Shown one piece after another: positions 1-10,212 of a DNA stretch of 64,000 bases; the first letter of the stretch is position 1; every line of letters starts with the position of its first letter. The notes under the pieces are model-generated. The model saw nothing but the letters and a program-made list of their open reading frames with translations, was not told where the DNA came from and did not search any database. The stretch is from Opitutales bacterium (GTDB lineage: Bacteria > Verrucomicrobiota > Verrucomicrobiia > Opitutales > UBA2987), in NCBI GenBank assembly GCA_965226885.1, contig CBDDEL010000012.1:64001-128000 (forward strand), given 5' to 3'. The position numbers and the translations under genes were made by a program.

Positions 1-231
1 GTGGACATGGCCGCTGTGGTAGATGTAAGTTCCCGGACTGCTGCCGGCGAGACGCTTGTCCCTGAGATTCCCAGCGGTCCAATTCTGACCACCTGGTTCG
101 AACTCACGGCTCCCCCGGCCGTGTATGGGGACAATTGGCTGGAGGTAACGTTGGTCGAAGCCGATTGCGAACTCTCTCAGGATCTCGTCATTGACGAGAT
201 TGAAGTCTTCATTCGGCCAAAGCGCGCTTAG
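1..231 (+). CDS. 3' end of a hypothetical protein (runs off the window start)
   Basis: Open frame from base 1 to TAG at 229-231 with GC-rich coding-like composition; no recognisable motif. Confidence 0.55.
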   Translation: MDMAAVVDVSSRTAAGETLVPEIPSGPILTTWFELTAPPAVYGDNWLEVTLVEADCELSQDLVIDEIEVFIRPKRA

Positions 232-397
232 ATGAAATGCATCGTCATGAAGGTATATTTTGGGATCAATACAACAAAGATGATGAAATACGAAATCAAT
301 TAGCAGATACTCAGAGTGAATTAGAAATGGTTACAAAGCCTTGCTTTGAAGAGCCGATGAAAACATACACATTATTTACAAAGCAATGGTTCACCAA

Positions 398-479
398 GGC
401 TAAAAAGGCAAGTGCACCCGGACAGCAATAATCTCCGCGGCACTCTGCTTTTTGCCGCCAGTGATTTGCGACGTTATGT
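398..479 (+). other. Degenerate integron attC-like recombination site
   Basis: GGCTAAA-AAGGCAAGTGCACCCGGACAGCAA...CTTTTTGCCGCCAGTGATTTGCGAC-GTTATGT is an imperfect palindrome ending in a GTT R' box; the AAC of R'' is mutated to AAA. Confidence 0.55.
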
Positions 480-551
480 GTCTCTTGACGTGGCTGTTTT
501 ATACAGCGGGACACATTACTCAGTGATAGCGGAAAGTGATTGGAGATTTGG

Positions 552-788
552 ATGAAGAAACTGCCAAGCCATTCCTTGCCAACTTATTCAGAAGAATCCT
601 GCAAGGACGCATTGTTTCATTATACTACCGCGGACGGTTTGCTTGGAATCCTTCGCGACAACGAAATTTGGAGTTCAGCCTATTATTGTACAAACGACGA
701 ATCCGAAGACGAATCCGAACTTAGCGCGGGCGAGAACGTTTTAACACAGATCTTTCGAGCGGATATCATTAAGAAAGGCCGGGCCTGA
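552..788 (+). pseudogene. DUF2971-like protein, N-terminal fragment
   Basis: LFHYTTADGLLGILRDNEIWSSAYYCTND.SE resembles the N-terminus of DUF2971 proteins; early stop and an internal 12-bp duplication at 696-719. Confidence 0.55.
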
Positions 789-1358
789 GAAAACCGACAT
801 GGCAACAATCACCGAGGTCATCAACGCTGTGGAAATTTTATACATTCTGAATCGAGATGAAACTCCCCGACGCAAGCATCGGGGTATCGGGGATGAAAAT
901 ATCTTTACCACAATGTTAATTGACGCAAATCTTCCTTCGGCTTGCCTTGGTCCAATACATATCTCTCCACCAAGGCCAAGGCCCAATTGCCTCGCTCTCC
1001 TACCGTGCCCACATAGTAGCCTGAACTCCAGAAATGCCCGCCCCATAATTCCTTCTTCAGCCACGGCTCCCGTCCACTTCAATGACTCGGCTTGTTCACT
1101 TTTTCTTCTTCCACTCATCCTCTTTATAAGCCACCTATCCCCGACGCAAGCATAGGGGAATTTACAAGTTAAAGATTAAATGACGGCCGGATCAAATAAA
1201 GAAAAATGTCCCTATCTCCCCGAGGAGCGCCTACTACCTTTATATTCAGTGGTCTTATCTTCAGCGATTATAAAAAATTCCTCCTTTTCAAAAGTTTTAT
1301 ATACGGGGGGCTCCGGGCATCATCCCGAGTCGCTGGGAGCTGGAGTAAGGTTTCGGGG

Positions 1359-4172
1359 TTAATTCTTGGGCACCGCGGACACGAAGTCTACGCGAACTTC
1401 ATGGAGCCGGGGTGATCGGCAGGCGTAGGGCGAAACAAACACGGCTCGGTATTGCAGCCATCGGGCGCCGCGGGGGGACCCCTTCAATTTCTGACCGGAT
1501 CGTTCATAGAAGGTATTCGGACCCTGCGGACCCATCCATGGGCTCTGAGAGAGTTCCTCCCTGGTAGGCGCGACTCGCATCTGAAATTTTAACTCTGCTG
1601 GCAGGATTACATCGGCCTTCCAGTGAAGCCGTTTGGCCGTCATGTCCGTCATGTCAAATGGCGGGGAAAAGTAGGACTCATCCGGCTCTCGGGTATAGGC
1701 ATTGCCTCGATCGCGGGCGGTCATGCCGTGGGGGCCCAGGCCCGGCAGACGCGTTGCCGGAGCGGCCAGAAAGCCGTCCGGGCCATTCCAGTAAATCAAC
1801 GAGTCAACCTGATGCCCGATGTCATTGCGGTGGCAGGCCAGGACGAGATCAATCCAACCGTCCCGGTTCAAGTCCACTTGGGTGGCGGCGCCGGAACCTT
1901 CCGCCGGCAGATTGACCGGATGGTCCCAGTCAAGAGCCTTTCCGGTGCCCCAGAATACTTGTGCGGGGATGACCCGTGCCTTGGAGGTCGAGTATCCGGT
2001 GGCAGCCACGTCCAGGTGCCCGTCGCGGTTGAAATCGGCAATGGCCGTGAAGATCGGGGTGTATTCCGCCAGCAGCTTCTGCGAGTTTTCGCTTCGATAA
2101 CCGTCGCGGCTACCGAAGAAGACGTGCATGGTGTCTTTTTGCAGGTGGTAATGCGCAGCGCATGAGACAATCAAATCAAGCCATCCATCGGCATTAAGGT
2201 CAGCGGTGTTCACGGCGATTGGATACGGCACCGGGACGCGCCAGCTGTGGTCCCCGCTAAAGCCGTCGGGCCCACCCAGATAGATGAGGATCTCATTGCG
2301 TTTATCGACGCATAAGATGTCGAGGAATCCGTCCTTGTTGACGTCCGCAAGTTTGCCCGTGTTTCCATAAGTCTCTAATCCCCGCGAACGCGAAAGGGAA
2401 TACCCCGCTTCCGAACCAAAGTAAATCCTCGAAGATTTCGCCAGCGTTTCCGGTTTGGCGTCATACACTTGCGCAAAGGCTAGAATATCGAGGTAGCCGT
2501 CGCGATTGAAGTCGGCCAGCCGAAGGTCCTGGAGGCCATCATTCGCCGGGATGTCCTGAAATCGATCCGTCGCCGGGCCGTCCGGGCCTCCAGGATGGAT
2601 TCGAATGTAGGGGGTCCATCCTGTATCTGTATTGACCCCCGCGTCGACGATGAACTCCGGGTAGCCGTCGAGATCAACATCGGCCACAAGGGCAATGCTG
2701 CTGCTGTCGACGGGGAACTCCAACCGCCGCTCGATTCCATATTCGGCTTTTTCGTTGCCGAGATAGATGTAATTGTGGATTTTGGACAGATGGCCGCCCA
2801 TGGTGTTGTTGAAAACAACCTCCGGTCGGCCGTCCCCATTAAGATCGCCGGCCGTATTGCCGACGGCGCCGCCTGTCGGAAACCAGGTCACTCGATCCAT
2901 GGAGAAGCCCGTTGAGCCGTTCCAGAACACCGCTGAATCAACATCGTAGTTCACGTTGTCGTATTTCCGGCTGACCACCAGGTCCTTTCGTCCGTCGCCA
3001 TCGAGATCGGCCGCCGTGACCCAATCGGTGTGTGTCAGCGGCAACGATAGGTATACCGTCTGAAGATCCGTTCCGGAGCGAATCTCCACACCCTCAGCTG
3101 CGGCCATGAGGAGATCGTTTTTGTCATCGCCGGTGACATCCGCGACATCGATACCGATCGCCCCGGTGCTGAAGATGGAAGAATATCCGGTAGCTTCAAT
3201 GATCCGGGTGTCGTCTTTGTTGAGCTTGCCTTGCCGGTTCCAATAGATCTGGACGCGGTTTCCACCTGAAAAAATGACATCTTCCCAGTTGTCGTGATTC
3301 AGATCGGCAACGATCACACGCAAAGGGTAGGCGGTCGGCAGCCGCACCGGCTCGGATGTATCGAATCCACCCTCCGTGCCCCAGTAGACGTAGGACTCCG
3401 TGTTGTAGTCGTGCTCAACTCGATAGTTCGCCAGGGCAAGATCGACAAATCCATCCTGGTTGAGATCGGCGGCGGCAATGGAGACCGCCGCAATTCCCGT
3501 GATCGCATACTCTTCCGTGGCCTCGGTGAACCGGCGATCTTCTCCGCCCAGATAGACCCGGGCGTGCTTGGGCTCTCCGGGATTATGGGGATCGTTCCAG
3601 GAAGTAGGGAAGATCAGATCCAGGATGCCGTCGCGGTTAATATCTAAGACAGCCACATCGTAGGCCCCGGTCGTTGGCAGGTCGGTTCGCTCGACACCGA
3701 GTCCGTCGGGGCCGCCCCAGTAGACAAACGAGGGAAGCTCCGAGGTAACACCGTTTTGGCCGTTAGCCACAACCAGGTCCGTATGGCCGTCCCGATCGAG
3801 ATCAACGATCCGGCTCATCCAACCGCTATCAGCGGACATCTCCTTCCGGGTCCAACTCTCGCCCTTGTCCTGAAGCGTATAAACATGTGTCGGCCCGCGT
3901 TCGATATAATCGTGCGAATTGGCCAGCACCAGGTCGACGTAGCCATCGTTGTTTACGTCCAGCCGGTGAATCATCTCGATGACGCCATTGGCGTTGACGT
4001 AAAGATTGCTCCCGCCGTCTTCGAACTGCCCCTTCGCAAATTCCTCAAAGCCGCGATGAATCCACGCCTGCTCGCCCGCCTGCGCCAGGTGACTTGCCAT
4101 AATTATAACTAATGAATAAACGATAACCGGTATCTTCACCACTTTCGAGCCAGTTAAACCGAGATTTTCCAT
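1359..4172 (-). CDS. Secreted FG-GAP/VCBS repeat (beta-propeller) protein
   Basis: 937 aa with a signal-peptide-like N-terminus and many DxNxDGxxDL motifs followed by xYWG. Confidence 0.9.
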   Translation of the reverse strand: MENLGLTGSKVVKIPVIVYSLVIIMASHLAQAGEQAWIHRGFEEFAKGQFEDGGSNLYVNANGVIEMIHRLDVNNDGYVDLVLANSHDYIERGPTHVYTLQDKGESWTRKEMSADSGWMSRIVDLDRDGHTDLVVANGQNGVTSELPSFVYWGGPDGLGVERTDLPTTGAYDVAVLDINRDGILDLIFPTSWNDPHNPGEPKHARVYLGGEDRRFTEATEEYAITGIAAVSIAAADLNQDGFVDLALANYRVEHDYNTESYVYWGTEGGFDTSEPVRLPTAYPLRVIVADLNHDNWEDVIFSGGNRVQIYWNRQGKLNKDDTRIIEATGYSSIFSTGAIGIDVADVTGDDKNDLLMAAAEGVEIRSGTDLQTVYLSLPLTHTDWVTAADLDGDGRKDLVVSRKYDNVNYDVDSAVFWNGSTGFSMDRVTWFPTGGAVGNTAGDLNGDGRPEVVFNNTMGGHLSKIHNYIYLGNEKAEYGIERRLEFPVDSSSIALVADVDLDGYPEFIVDAGVNTDTGWTPYIRIHPGGPDGPATDRFQDIPANDGLQDLRLADFNRDGYLDILAFAQVYDAKPETLAKSSRIYFGSEAGYSLSRSRGLETYGNTGKLADVNKDGFLDILCVDKRNEILIYLGGPDGFSGDHSWRVPVPYPIAVNTADLNADGWLDLIVSCAAHYHLQKDTMHVFFGSRDGYRSENSQKLLAEYTPIFTAIADFNRDGHLDVAATGYSTSKARVIPAQVFWGTGKALDWDHPVNLPAEGSGAATQVDLNRDGWIDLVLACHRNDIGHQVDSLIYWNGPDGFLAAPATRLPGLGPHGMTARDRGNAYTREPDESYFSPPFDMTDMTAKRLHWKADVILPAELKFQMRVAPTREELSQSPWMGPQGPNTFYERSGQKLKGSPRGARWLQYRAVFVSPYACRSPRLHEVRVDFVSAVPKN

Positions 4173-4303
4173 ATCATCCGTTAGAATCGTTGAAAATAGC
4201 TAGATTCCAATATTTCGATCCATTTTGCTCCTTTAAATACAATTTGGCAATCTTTCCCTTTGTTATTTGGTGATCAATTCCGCGATATTTAACGAATAGT
4301 TAG

Positions 4304-5870
4304 CCCAGATATTTCGTAAAAAAAGTATCGTTGATATGCTTAACTGCTGATATACAGCAGGATAGATCAATAATTAAAGCAATATCAGCGATGACAAAAG
4401 GTAAACAATTAAAGCTACAGTTGACAAGGGTAAAAGGCCGCCGTGTGCGGGTTGATTTCAAGGGCGGAGAGGTTACTTCGGATGCCGGACTGCTTTTGAT
4501 CCGGGAAGTGGATCGGCAGTTGGGCTTGACCGAACGAGCGGCCCGACAGTTAGTGGACAAACGGCAGAAGGGCAAAGTACGCCATGAGGTATTGGGGATG
4601 CTGCGGCAGCGCGTTTACGGGCTGGTGGCGGGCTATGAGGATTTGAACGACTTTGATACCCTGCGCCACGATCCATTGTTGCAAACGGTAACGGGGCGCA
4701 TTGAAACGTTGGCCAGCGCGCCGACTTTGTGTCGTTTTGAAAACGGGCAGGATCGGCGGGCGGCCTTTGCGGTAAACGAGCTGTTGGTCGAACAGTTCAT
4801 GGGCTCCTTTGCCGAGGAACCCGAAGAGATCATCCTGGACTTTGACGCCACCGACAATCCGGTGCACGGGCTCCAGGAGGGACGTTTTTTCCACGGTTAT
4901 TATGATCATTACTGTTTTCTGCCGCTATATGTTTTTTGCGGTGATCAGCTGCTGGTGGCCTACCTGCGGCCGAGCAAGATCGATGCCAGCAAGCATGCTG
5001 GGGCCATCCTCAAATTGCTGGTTAAACGGATTCGCCAAAGCTGGCCCCGTACGCGGATTATTTGGCGCGCCGACAGTGGATTTTGTCGAGACCGGATACT
5101 CTCTTGGTGCGACCGCAACGAAGTTAGTTACATCGTGGGGATGGCTCGCAATGCACGCTTGCAGCAAGACGCCCAGCAGTTGCAAAAGCAGGCCAAAGAA
5201 TGGTTCGAACTAAGGGGTAAAAAACAACGGTTATTCCAGGACTTCGTCTATGCTGCCGATTCGTGGCGATGGCTGCGGTTGGTCATCCATAAAGCCGAAC
5301 ACACCGCACAGGGGTCCAACCCGCGCTTCGTGGTGACGAACCTGCCGGGCGATCCCCAGGAGCTTTACGACAAGGTATACTGTGGCCGCGGTGAAATGGA
5401 GAACCGAATCAAGGAACAGATGCAATTGTTCAGCGAGCGCACCAGCGCCCATCAATGGTGGGCCAATCAGTGGCGATTGCTCTTGTCGGCGCTGGCCTAC
5501 ACCTTGATGGAAGCCATGCGCCGGTTAGCCTTAAAAGGGACGAAGTGGGCGCGGGCCCAATGCCACACCCTGCGGCTCAAATTAATCAAGATCGGAGCGG
5601 TCATCGTGCGCAACACCCGAACGATTCACTTTCACCTAAGTGAGAGTTATCCTTGGGCCAGTCTTTTCAACCATGCGGCCCGCCGATTGGTGCCAACCTA
5701 AAGGGTGCATTGGTGCTGCCCCCGGCACTACCGAACCAATGGGGGAAAGGGGGCAGTGTCTCTACACCCTGAAAAACACCTAAAAATCAAGACGATCTGC
5801 TCAAAATACAAAGAAATCCATCTCCAATAGCAATAACGAGCCAAACTTTACCCTTCATGAAATATCCGGG
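4304..5870 (+). mobile_element. IS1380-family element, complete copy 1
   Basis: Terminal IRs CCCAGATATTTC / GAAATATCCGGG with TTAG on both sides (4300-4303 and 5871-5874); 1567 bp. Confidence 0.92.
4391..5701 (+). CDS. IS1380-family DDE transposase
   Basis: Motifs TSDAGLLL, LDFDATD, RADSGF and YCGRGEMENRIKE. Confidence 0.93.
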   Translation: MTKGKQLKLQLTRVKGRRVRVDFKGGEVTSDAGLLLIREVDRQLGLTERAARQLVDKRQKGKVRHEVLGMLRQRVYGLVAGYEDLNDFDTLRHDPLLQTVTGRIETLASAPTLCRFENGQDRRAAFAVNELLVEQFMGSFAEEPEEIILDFDATDNPVHGLQEGRFFHGYYDHYCFLPLYVFCGDQLLVAYLRPSKIDASKHAGAILKLLVKRIRQSWPRTRIIWRADSGFCRDRILSWCDRNEVSYIVGMARNARLQQDAQQLQKQAKEWFELRGKKQRLFQDFVYAADSWRWLRLVIHKAEHTAQGSNPRFVVTNLPGDPQELYDKVYCGRGEMENRIKEQMQLFSERTSAHQWWANQWRLLLSALAYTLMEAMRRLALKGTKWARAQCHTLRLKLIKIGAVIVRNTRTIHFHLSESYPWASLFNHAARRLVPT

Positions 5871-6172
5871 TTAGCCGGATATTGTTTGACCATAAACCGG
5901 AGTTTCAGGAGGCGGTACAAACAAATAACCGAGGGTAACGCTTTTGGGATTTTGCAAACATTTCCCAAATTAGCTAAAAGTTTTAATTTTAGCAACGGAT
6001 ACGTGTTGCTGCCCCGTCGGTAAGGTGGAGCAAGCCGTTTTTTTCGAGCCTCCCCCTTCCCCCGGTGCTTTAACAGTTGACGTGTGAAGTGGACGGGGTT
6101 GTTTGGACAATTTTGACGTGGGATTAAGGTGGAAATCGTGTTCATATTATTTTTTAAAAATATATTTTGTCC

Positions 6173-7036
6173 TTAGCCAAAGACGGGCACGCAGGTGCCC
6201 GCAAGCTGTATTGGCGGGGAGGTTGGTTTTGCTCCGATTGCATGGACTTCGGCCGGGGTCCGGTAGCCCAGGGCTTGGTGGGGGCGCAGGTGGTTGTAGA
6301 AGTCCAGGTAGCGGGCTATCCCTTCGCTGGCTTCCTTTGCCGTGGCGTATTCGCGCAGGTAAATGTCTTCATACTTGAGGGTTCTCCAAAAGCGTTCAAC
6401 AAATATGTTGTCCAGGTAGCGGCCACGCCCGTCCATGCTGATGCGCACCCCGGCTTGCCCCAGCACCGAGGTGAACTCGCTGCCGGTAAACTGGCTGCCT
6501 TGATCGGTGTTGAAGATTTGAGGTTGGGCCCGCCTCAGAGCTTCCTCCAGGGCGAGCACACAGAAGCGGCTCTCCAGGGTGTTGGAAAGCTGCCAGCTCA
6601 ACACGTAGCGGCTGAACCAGTCCAACACCACGGTCAAGAAAAGGAATCCTCGGCTCAGCCGCAGGTAAGTGATGTCGCTGCACCATACCTGGTCGGGCCG
6701 CTCGACCGCCAAACCCCGCAGCAGATAAGGGAAAATGCGGTGCTGCCGGTGCCCCTGGCTCAAGTTTCGACGCGGATAAATAGCCTCCAGGCCCATTTGG
6801 CGCATGAGCCGCTGGATGCGGCCTCGTCCCACTGCATGGCCCTCTCGACGTAGCCACTGGGTCATCCGGCCAGAACCAAAAAACGGATATTGGGTGTAGA
6901 GCTCATCCATGCGATGCATGTAGAGAACGTTCTGCTCGCACTGGGCACGGGCCCGATAGTAATAGCTGCCGCGGGCCAGCCCCAGCAACTGACATTGCCT
7001 GCCGATACTGATTTTTCCTTGAAGTGGTTGCACCAT
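6173..7036 (-). CDS. IS3-A transposase OrfB (rve DDE)
   Basis: Motifs WCSDITY, NTDQGSQF and DNIFVERFWRTLKYE. Confidence 0.92.
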   Translation of the reverse strand: MVQPLQGKISIGRQCQLLGLARGSYYYRARAQCEQNVLYMHRMDELYTQYPFFGSGRMTQWLRREGHAVGRGRIQRLMRQMGLEAIYPRRNLSQGHRQHRIFPYLLRGLAVERPDQVWCSDITYLRLSRGFLFLTVVLDWFSRYVLSWQLSNTLESRFCVLALEEALRRAQPQIFNTDQGSQFTGSEFTSVLGQAGVRISMDGRGRYLDNIFVERFWRTLKYEDIYLREYATAKEASEGIARYLDFYNHLRPHQALGYRTPAEVHAIGAKPTSPPIQLAGTCVPVFG

Positions 7037-7046
7037 CTTGCGCCTC

Positions 7047-7352
7047 TCACCAACCGAATTGTTCAGACTTTTTTTTTAGCCAATCGCATTCTACTTTCAG
7101 CTTTCCAATCTCCTGGTAAAGGTGATCTTTTTCCGTCTCGTTGTCCTTGCTGAGAGTCTGCCGCTGGCGCGAAAACAGCTCCGTTGCTCCCTGCAAAAGC
7201 TGCTTCTTCCATTGGGTCACCTGGTTGGGATGCACCTCAAAACGACCGGCGATCTCGTTGATGGTATGAGCGCCCCTGATGGCTTCCAGGGCCACTCGGG
7301 CTTTAAACTCAGCACTGTCTTGTCTTCTCTTTCGTGATTTAATAACATTCAT
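7047..7352 (-). CDS. IS3-A transposase OrfA (HTH)
   Basis: SAEFKARVALEAIRG motif; A9G slippery run near the 3' end suits a -1 frameshift. Confidence 0.9.
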   Translation of the reverse strand: MNVIKSRKRRQDSAEFKARVALEAIRGAHTINEIAGRFEVHPNQVTQWKKQLLQGATELFSRQRQTLSKDNETEKDHLYQEIGKLKVECDWLKKKSEQFGW

Positions 7353-7476
7353 AGGTTAGCGGATTTAGTGGTTCAAGACCACCTTATTCCACTGTCCAGT
7401 TTTCCCCGTCCATTTCAGTGTACTGGATTTGTTGGACACGGGATTCTCTTATATTCATTGTTTATTGATTAGTGTG

Positions 7477-8394
7477 TCAGGCGGCTTGTTTTGGTAAAGG
7501 GTTTTGTTTTCTCGTTGCCCCCCATGGGGGGCAAATATTTTCCTCGAATTGGACTGGGCTTTGGTAACTCAGAGAGGAATGTTTGCGATATCGGTTGTAG
7601 AAGATTTCCACGTATTCGAAGACAGTTGATCGCAGTTCGCGCTCGTCGGCAAAGTGGCGGCCTCGAATCGTGCTGGTCTTGAAGCGGCCGTAGAACGATT
7701 CCATGGCCGCGTTGTCGTAGCAGTTGCCTTGGGCGCTCATGCTCGGCTTCATGCCTAGTTCAGAGACCAGCCTCTGATAGTCGTCGCTGCCGTAGGGGCT
7801 GCCCCGATCGCTGTGATGAATAATCCCGGTGCGCAGTGTGCCGCGGGTCATGGCCGCGGCTTTGAGGGCCTTGCCAACCAGCTTCGCGTCGTTGTGGTTG
7901 GAAACGCTCCAGCCCAGCAGGCGTCGGCTGAACAGGTCCATCACCGTGGCCAAGTACATCCAACCGGCCAGGGTCCGTAGGTAGGTCGTGTCCGCCACCC
8001 AGACCTCGTCGATATGGGTCGGCTGGCCATGCTTTTTAAGCACATTGGGGCTGTAACCATAGGGATGGTTACTGTTGGTTTTTAATGGCTTAAAGCGTTT
8101 ACTCTGGGTGCTTTTGATTCCCATTTCACGCATCAGACGCAGAGCCCGGTCACGGCCGCAATCGATGCCCTCATCATCCTTCAGATGGCGGTGCATTGGC
8201 CGATGCCCATAGCGGCCCTTGGCCTCTTTGTGTACCTTCAGGATCGCCCCCTTGATTCCCTCGTCCTCGATCCGCCGGGCCGAGGGCGCTCGGGGCCTCC
8301 AGCAGTAATAGCCACTGCGACAAATCCCCATCGCCGAGCATATTTCCTCGATCTTGAAGCGCCCCTCGTTGTCTTTGACAAACTGGTACTTCAT
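7477..8394 (-). CDS. IS3-B transposase OrfB
   Basis: Motifs WVADTTY, HHSDRGS and DNAAMESFYGRFK; ATGA overlap with orfA. Confidence 0.9.
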   Translation of the reverse strand: MKYQFVKDNEGRFKIEEICSAMGICRSGYYCWRPRAPSARRIEDEGIKGAILKVHKEAKGRYGHRPMHRHLKDDEGIDCGRDRALRLMREMGIKSTQSKRFKPLKTNSNHPYGYSPNVLKKHGQPTHIDEVWVADTTYLRTLAGWMYLATVMDLFSRRLLGWSVSNHNDAKLVGKALKAAAMTRGTLRTGIIHHSDRGSPYGSDDYQRLVSELGMKPSMSAQGNCYDNAAMESFYGRFKTSTIRGRHFADERELRSTVFEYVEIFYNRYRKHSSLSYQSPVQFEENICPPWGATRKQNPLPKQAA

Positions 8395-8699
8395 TGTTCG
8401 TCCTTGGCAAAGTAGCCCACCGTTTTTTTTAGTATCTGGTTGATCCGCTCCGAGCGGCGCAGCTCTTTGCGAAGACGATCTATCTCGGCCGCCATCTCCT
8501 TCGGACTGCTCTGTCGCTTTGAGGTGGCTTCGCCCTGCTGATCGTCCAGATAGAGCCTCTTCCACCTATACAATTGGTTGGTGTTGACCCCAAGTTTGGT
8601 CGATACCTCGGTGGCGCTCAGACCATCGAGTATCATCAGTTGAACTGCCTCATTTTTGAACTCTATACTGCGTCTTCTTCCCATGCTTCGATTCTCCAT
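8391..8699 (-). CDS. IS3-B transposase OrfA
   Basis: HTH_Tnp_1-like EFKNEAVQL...LYRWKR; one codon shorter than the copy at 62308. Confidence 0.88.
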   Translation of the reverse strand: MENRSMGRRRSIEFKNEAVQLMILDGLSATEVSTKLGVNTNQLYRWKRLYLDDQQGEATSKRQSSPKEMAAEIDRLRKELRRSERINQILKKTVGYFAKDEQ

Positions 8700-8738
8700 T
8701 TAGGAGAATCTCGTGTCCACTTTTTCCAGTGCACATCA

Positions 8739-10212
8739 GTTTTTCAGGGTGTAGAGACACTGCCCCCTTTCCCCCATTGGTTCGGTAGTGCCGGGGGCAG
8801 CACCAATGCACCCTTTAGGTTGGCACCAATCGGCGGGCCGCATGGTTGAAAAGACTGGCCCAAGGATAACTCTCACTTAGGTGAAAGTGAATCGTTCGGG
8901 TGTTGCGCACGATGACCGCTCCGATCTTGATTAATTTGAGCCGCAGGGTGTGGCATTGGGCCCGCGCCCACTTCGTCCCTTTTAAGGCTAACCGGCGCAT
9001 GGCTTCCATCAAGGTGTAGGCCAGCGCCGACAAGAGCAATCGGCACTGATTGGCCCACCATTGATGGGCGCTGGTGCGCTCGCTGAACAATTGCATCTGT
9101 TCCTTGATTCGGTTCTCCATTTCACCGCGGCCACAGTATACCTTGTCGTAAAGCTCCTGGGGATCGCCCGGCAGGTTCGTCACCACGAAGCGCGGGTTGG
9201 ACCCCTGTGCGGTGTGTTCGGCTTTATGGATGACCAACCGCAGCCATCGCCACGAATCGGCAGCATAGACGAAGTCCTGGAATAACCGTTGTTTTTTACC
9301 CCTTAGTTCGAACCATTCTTTGGCCTGCTTTTGCAACTGCTGGGCGTCTTGCTGCAAGCGTGCATTGCGAGCCATCCCCACGATGTAACTAACTTCGTTG
9401 CGGTCGCACCAAGAGAGTATCCGGTCTCGACAAAATCCACTGTCGGCACGCCAAATAATCCGCGTACGGGGCCAGCTTTGGCGAATCCGTTTAACCAGCA
9501 ATTTGAGGATGGCCCCGGCATGCTTGCTGGCATCGATCTTGCTCGGCCGCAGGTAGGCCACCAGCAGCTGATCACCGCAAAAAACATATAGCGGCAGAAA
9601 ACAGTAATGATCATAATAACCGTGGAAAAAACGTCCCTCCTGGAGCCCGTGCACCGGATTGTCGGTGGCGTCAAAGTCCAGGATGATCTCTTCGGGTTCC
9701 TCGGCAAAGGAGCCCATGAACTGTTCGACCAACAGCTCGTTTACCGCAAAGGCCGCCCGCCGATCCTGCCCGTTTTCAAAACGACACAAAGTCGGCGCGC
9801 TGGCCAACGTTTCAATGCGCCCCGTTACCGTTTGCAACAATGGATCGTGGCGCAGGGTATCAAAGTCGTTCAAATCCTCATAGCCCGCCACCAGCCCGTA
9901 AACGCGCTGCCGCAGCATCCCCAATACCTCATGGCGTACTTTGCCCTTCTGCCGTTTGTCCACTAACTGTCGGGCCGCTCGTTCGGTCAAGCCCAACTGC
10001 CGATCCACTTCCCGGATCAAAAGCAGTCCGGCATCCGAAGTAACCTCTCCGCCCTTGAAATCAACCCGCACACGGCGGCCTTTTACCCTTGTCAACTGTA
10101 GCTTTAATTGTTTACCTTTTGTCATCGCTGATATTGCTTTAATTATTGATCTATCCTGCTGTATATCAGCAGTTAAGCATATCAACGATACTTTTTTTAC
10201 GAAATATCCGGG
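8739..10212 (-). mobile_element. IS1380 copy 2, right end truncated by IS3-B
   Basis: Left IR ends at 10212 followed by TTAG; about 90 bp of the right end is missing. Confidence 0.9.
8815..10125 (-). CDS. IS1380-family transposase
   Basis: Near-identical to 4391-5701 (W to C change in ANQCR). Confidence 0.92.
   Translation of the reverse strand: MTKGKQLKLQLTRVKGRRVRVDFKGGEVTSDAGLLLIREVDRQLGLTERAARQLVDKRQKGKVRHEVLGMLRQRVYGLVAGYEDLNDFDTLRHDPLLQTVTGRIETLASAPTLCRFENGQDRRAAFAVNELLVEQFMGSFAEEPEEIILDFDATDNPVHGLQEGRFFHGYYDHYCFLPLYVFCGDQLLVAYLRPSKIDASKHAGAILKLLVKRIRQSWPRTRIIWRADSGFCRDRILSWCDRNEVSYIVGMARNARLQQDAQQLQKQAKEWFELRGKKQRLFQDFVYAADSWRWLRLVIHKAEHTAQGSNPRFVVTNLPGDPQELYDKVYCGRGEMENRIKEQMQLFSERTSAHQWWANQCRLLLSALAYTLMEAMRRLALKGTKWARAQCHTLRLKLIKIGAVIVRNTRTIHFHLSESYPWASLFNHAARRLVPT

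Larger units (their letters stand above)
6085..7417 (-). mobile_element. IS3-family element A, copy 1
   Basis: IRs TGAAGTGGACGGGG / TGAAATGGACGGGG; 3-bp TSD GTG. Confidence 0.92.
6078..8738 (-). mobile_element. IS3-family element B with IS3-A nested in its right IR
   Basis: Right IR TGACGTG|TACTGGATTTGTTGGACAC (intact at 61331) is split by IS3-A; left IR TGATGTGCACTGGAAAAAGTGGACAC ends at 8738; no TSD. Confidence 0.88.

Noticed and set aside
799..1155. Independent 118-aa gene
   Set aside because: Low-complexity tail and no clear motif; more likely decayed sequence, perhaps part of the DUF2971 remnant.
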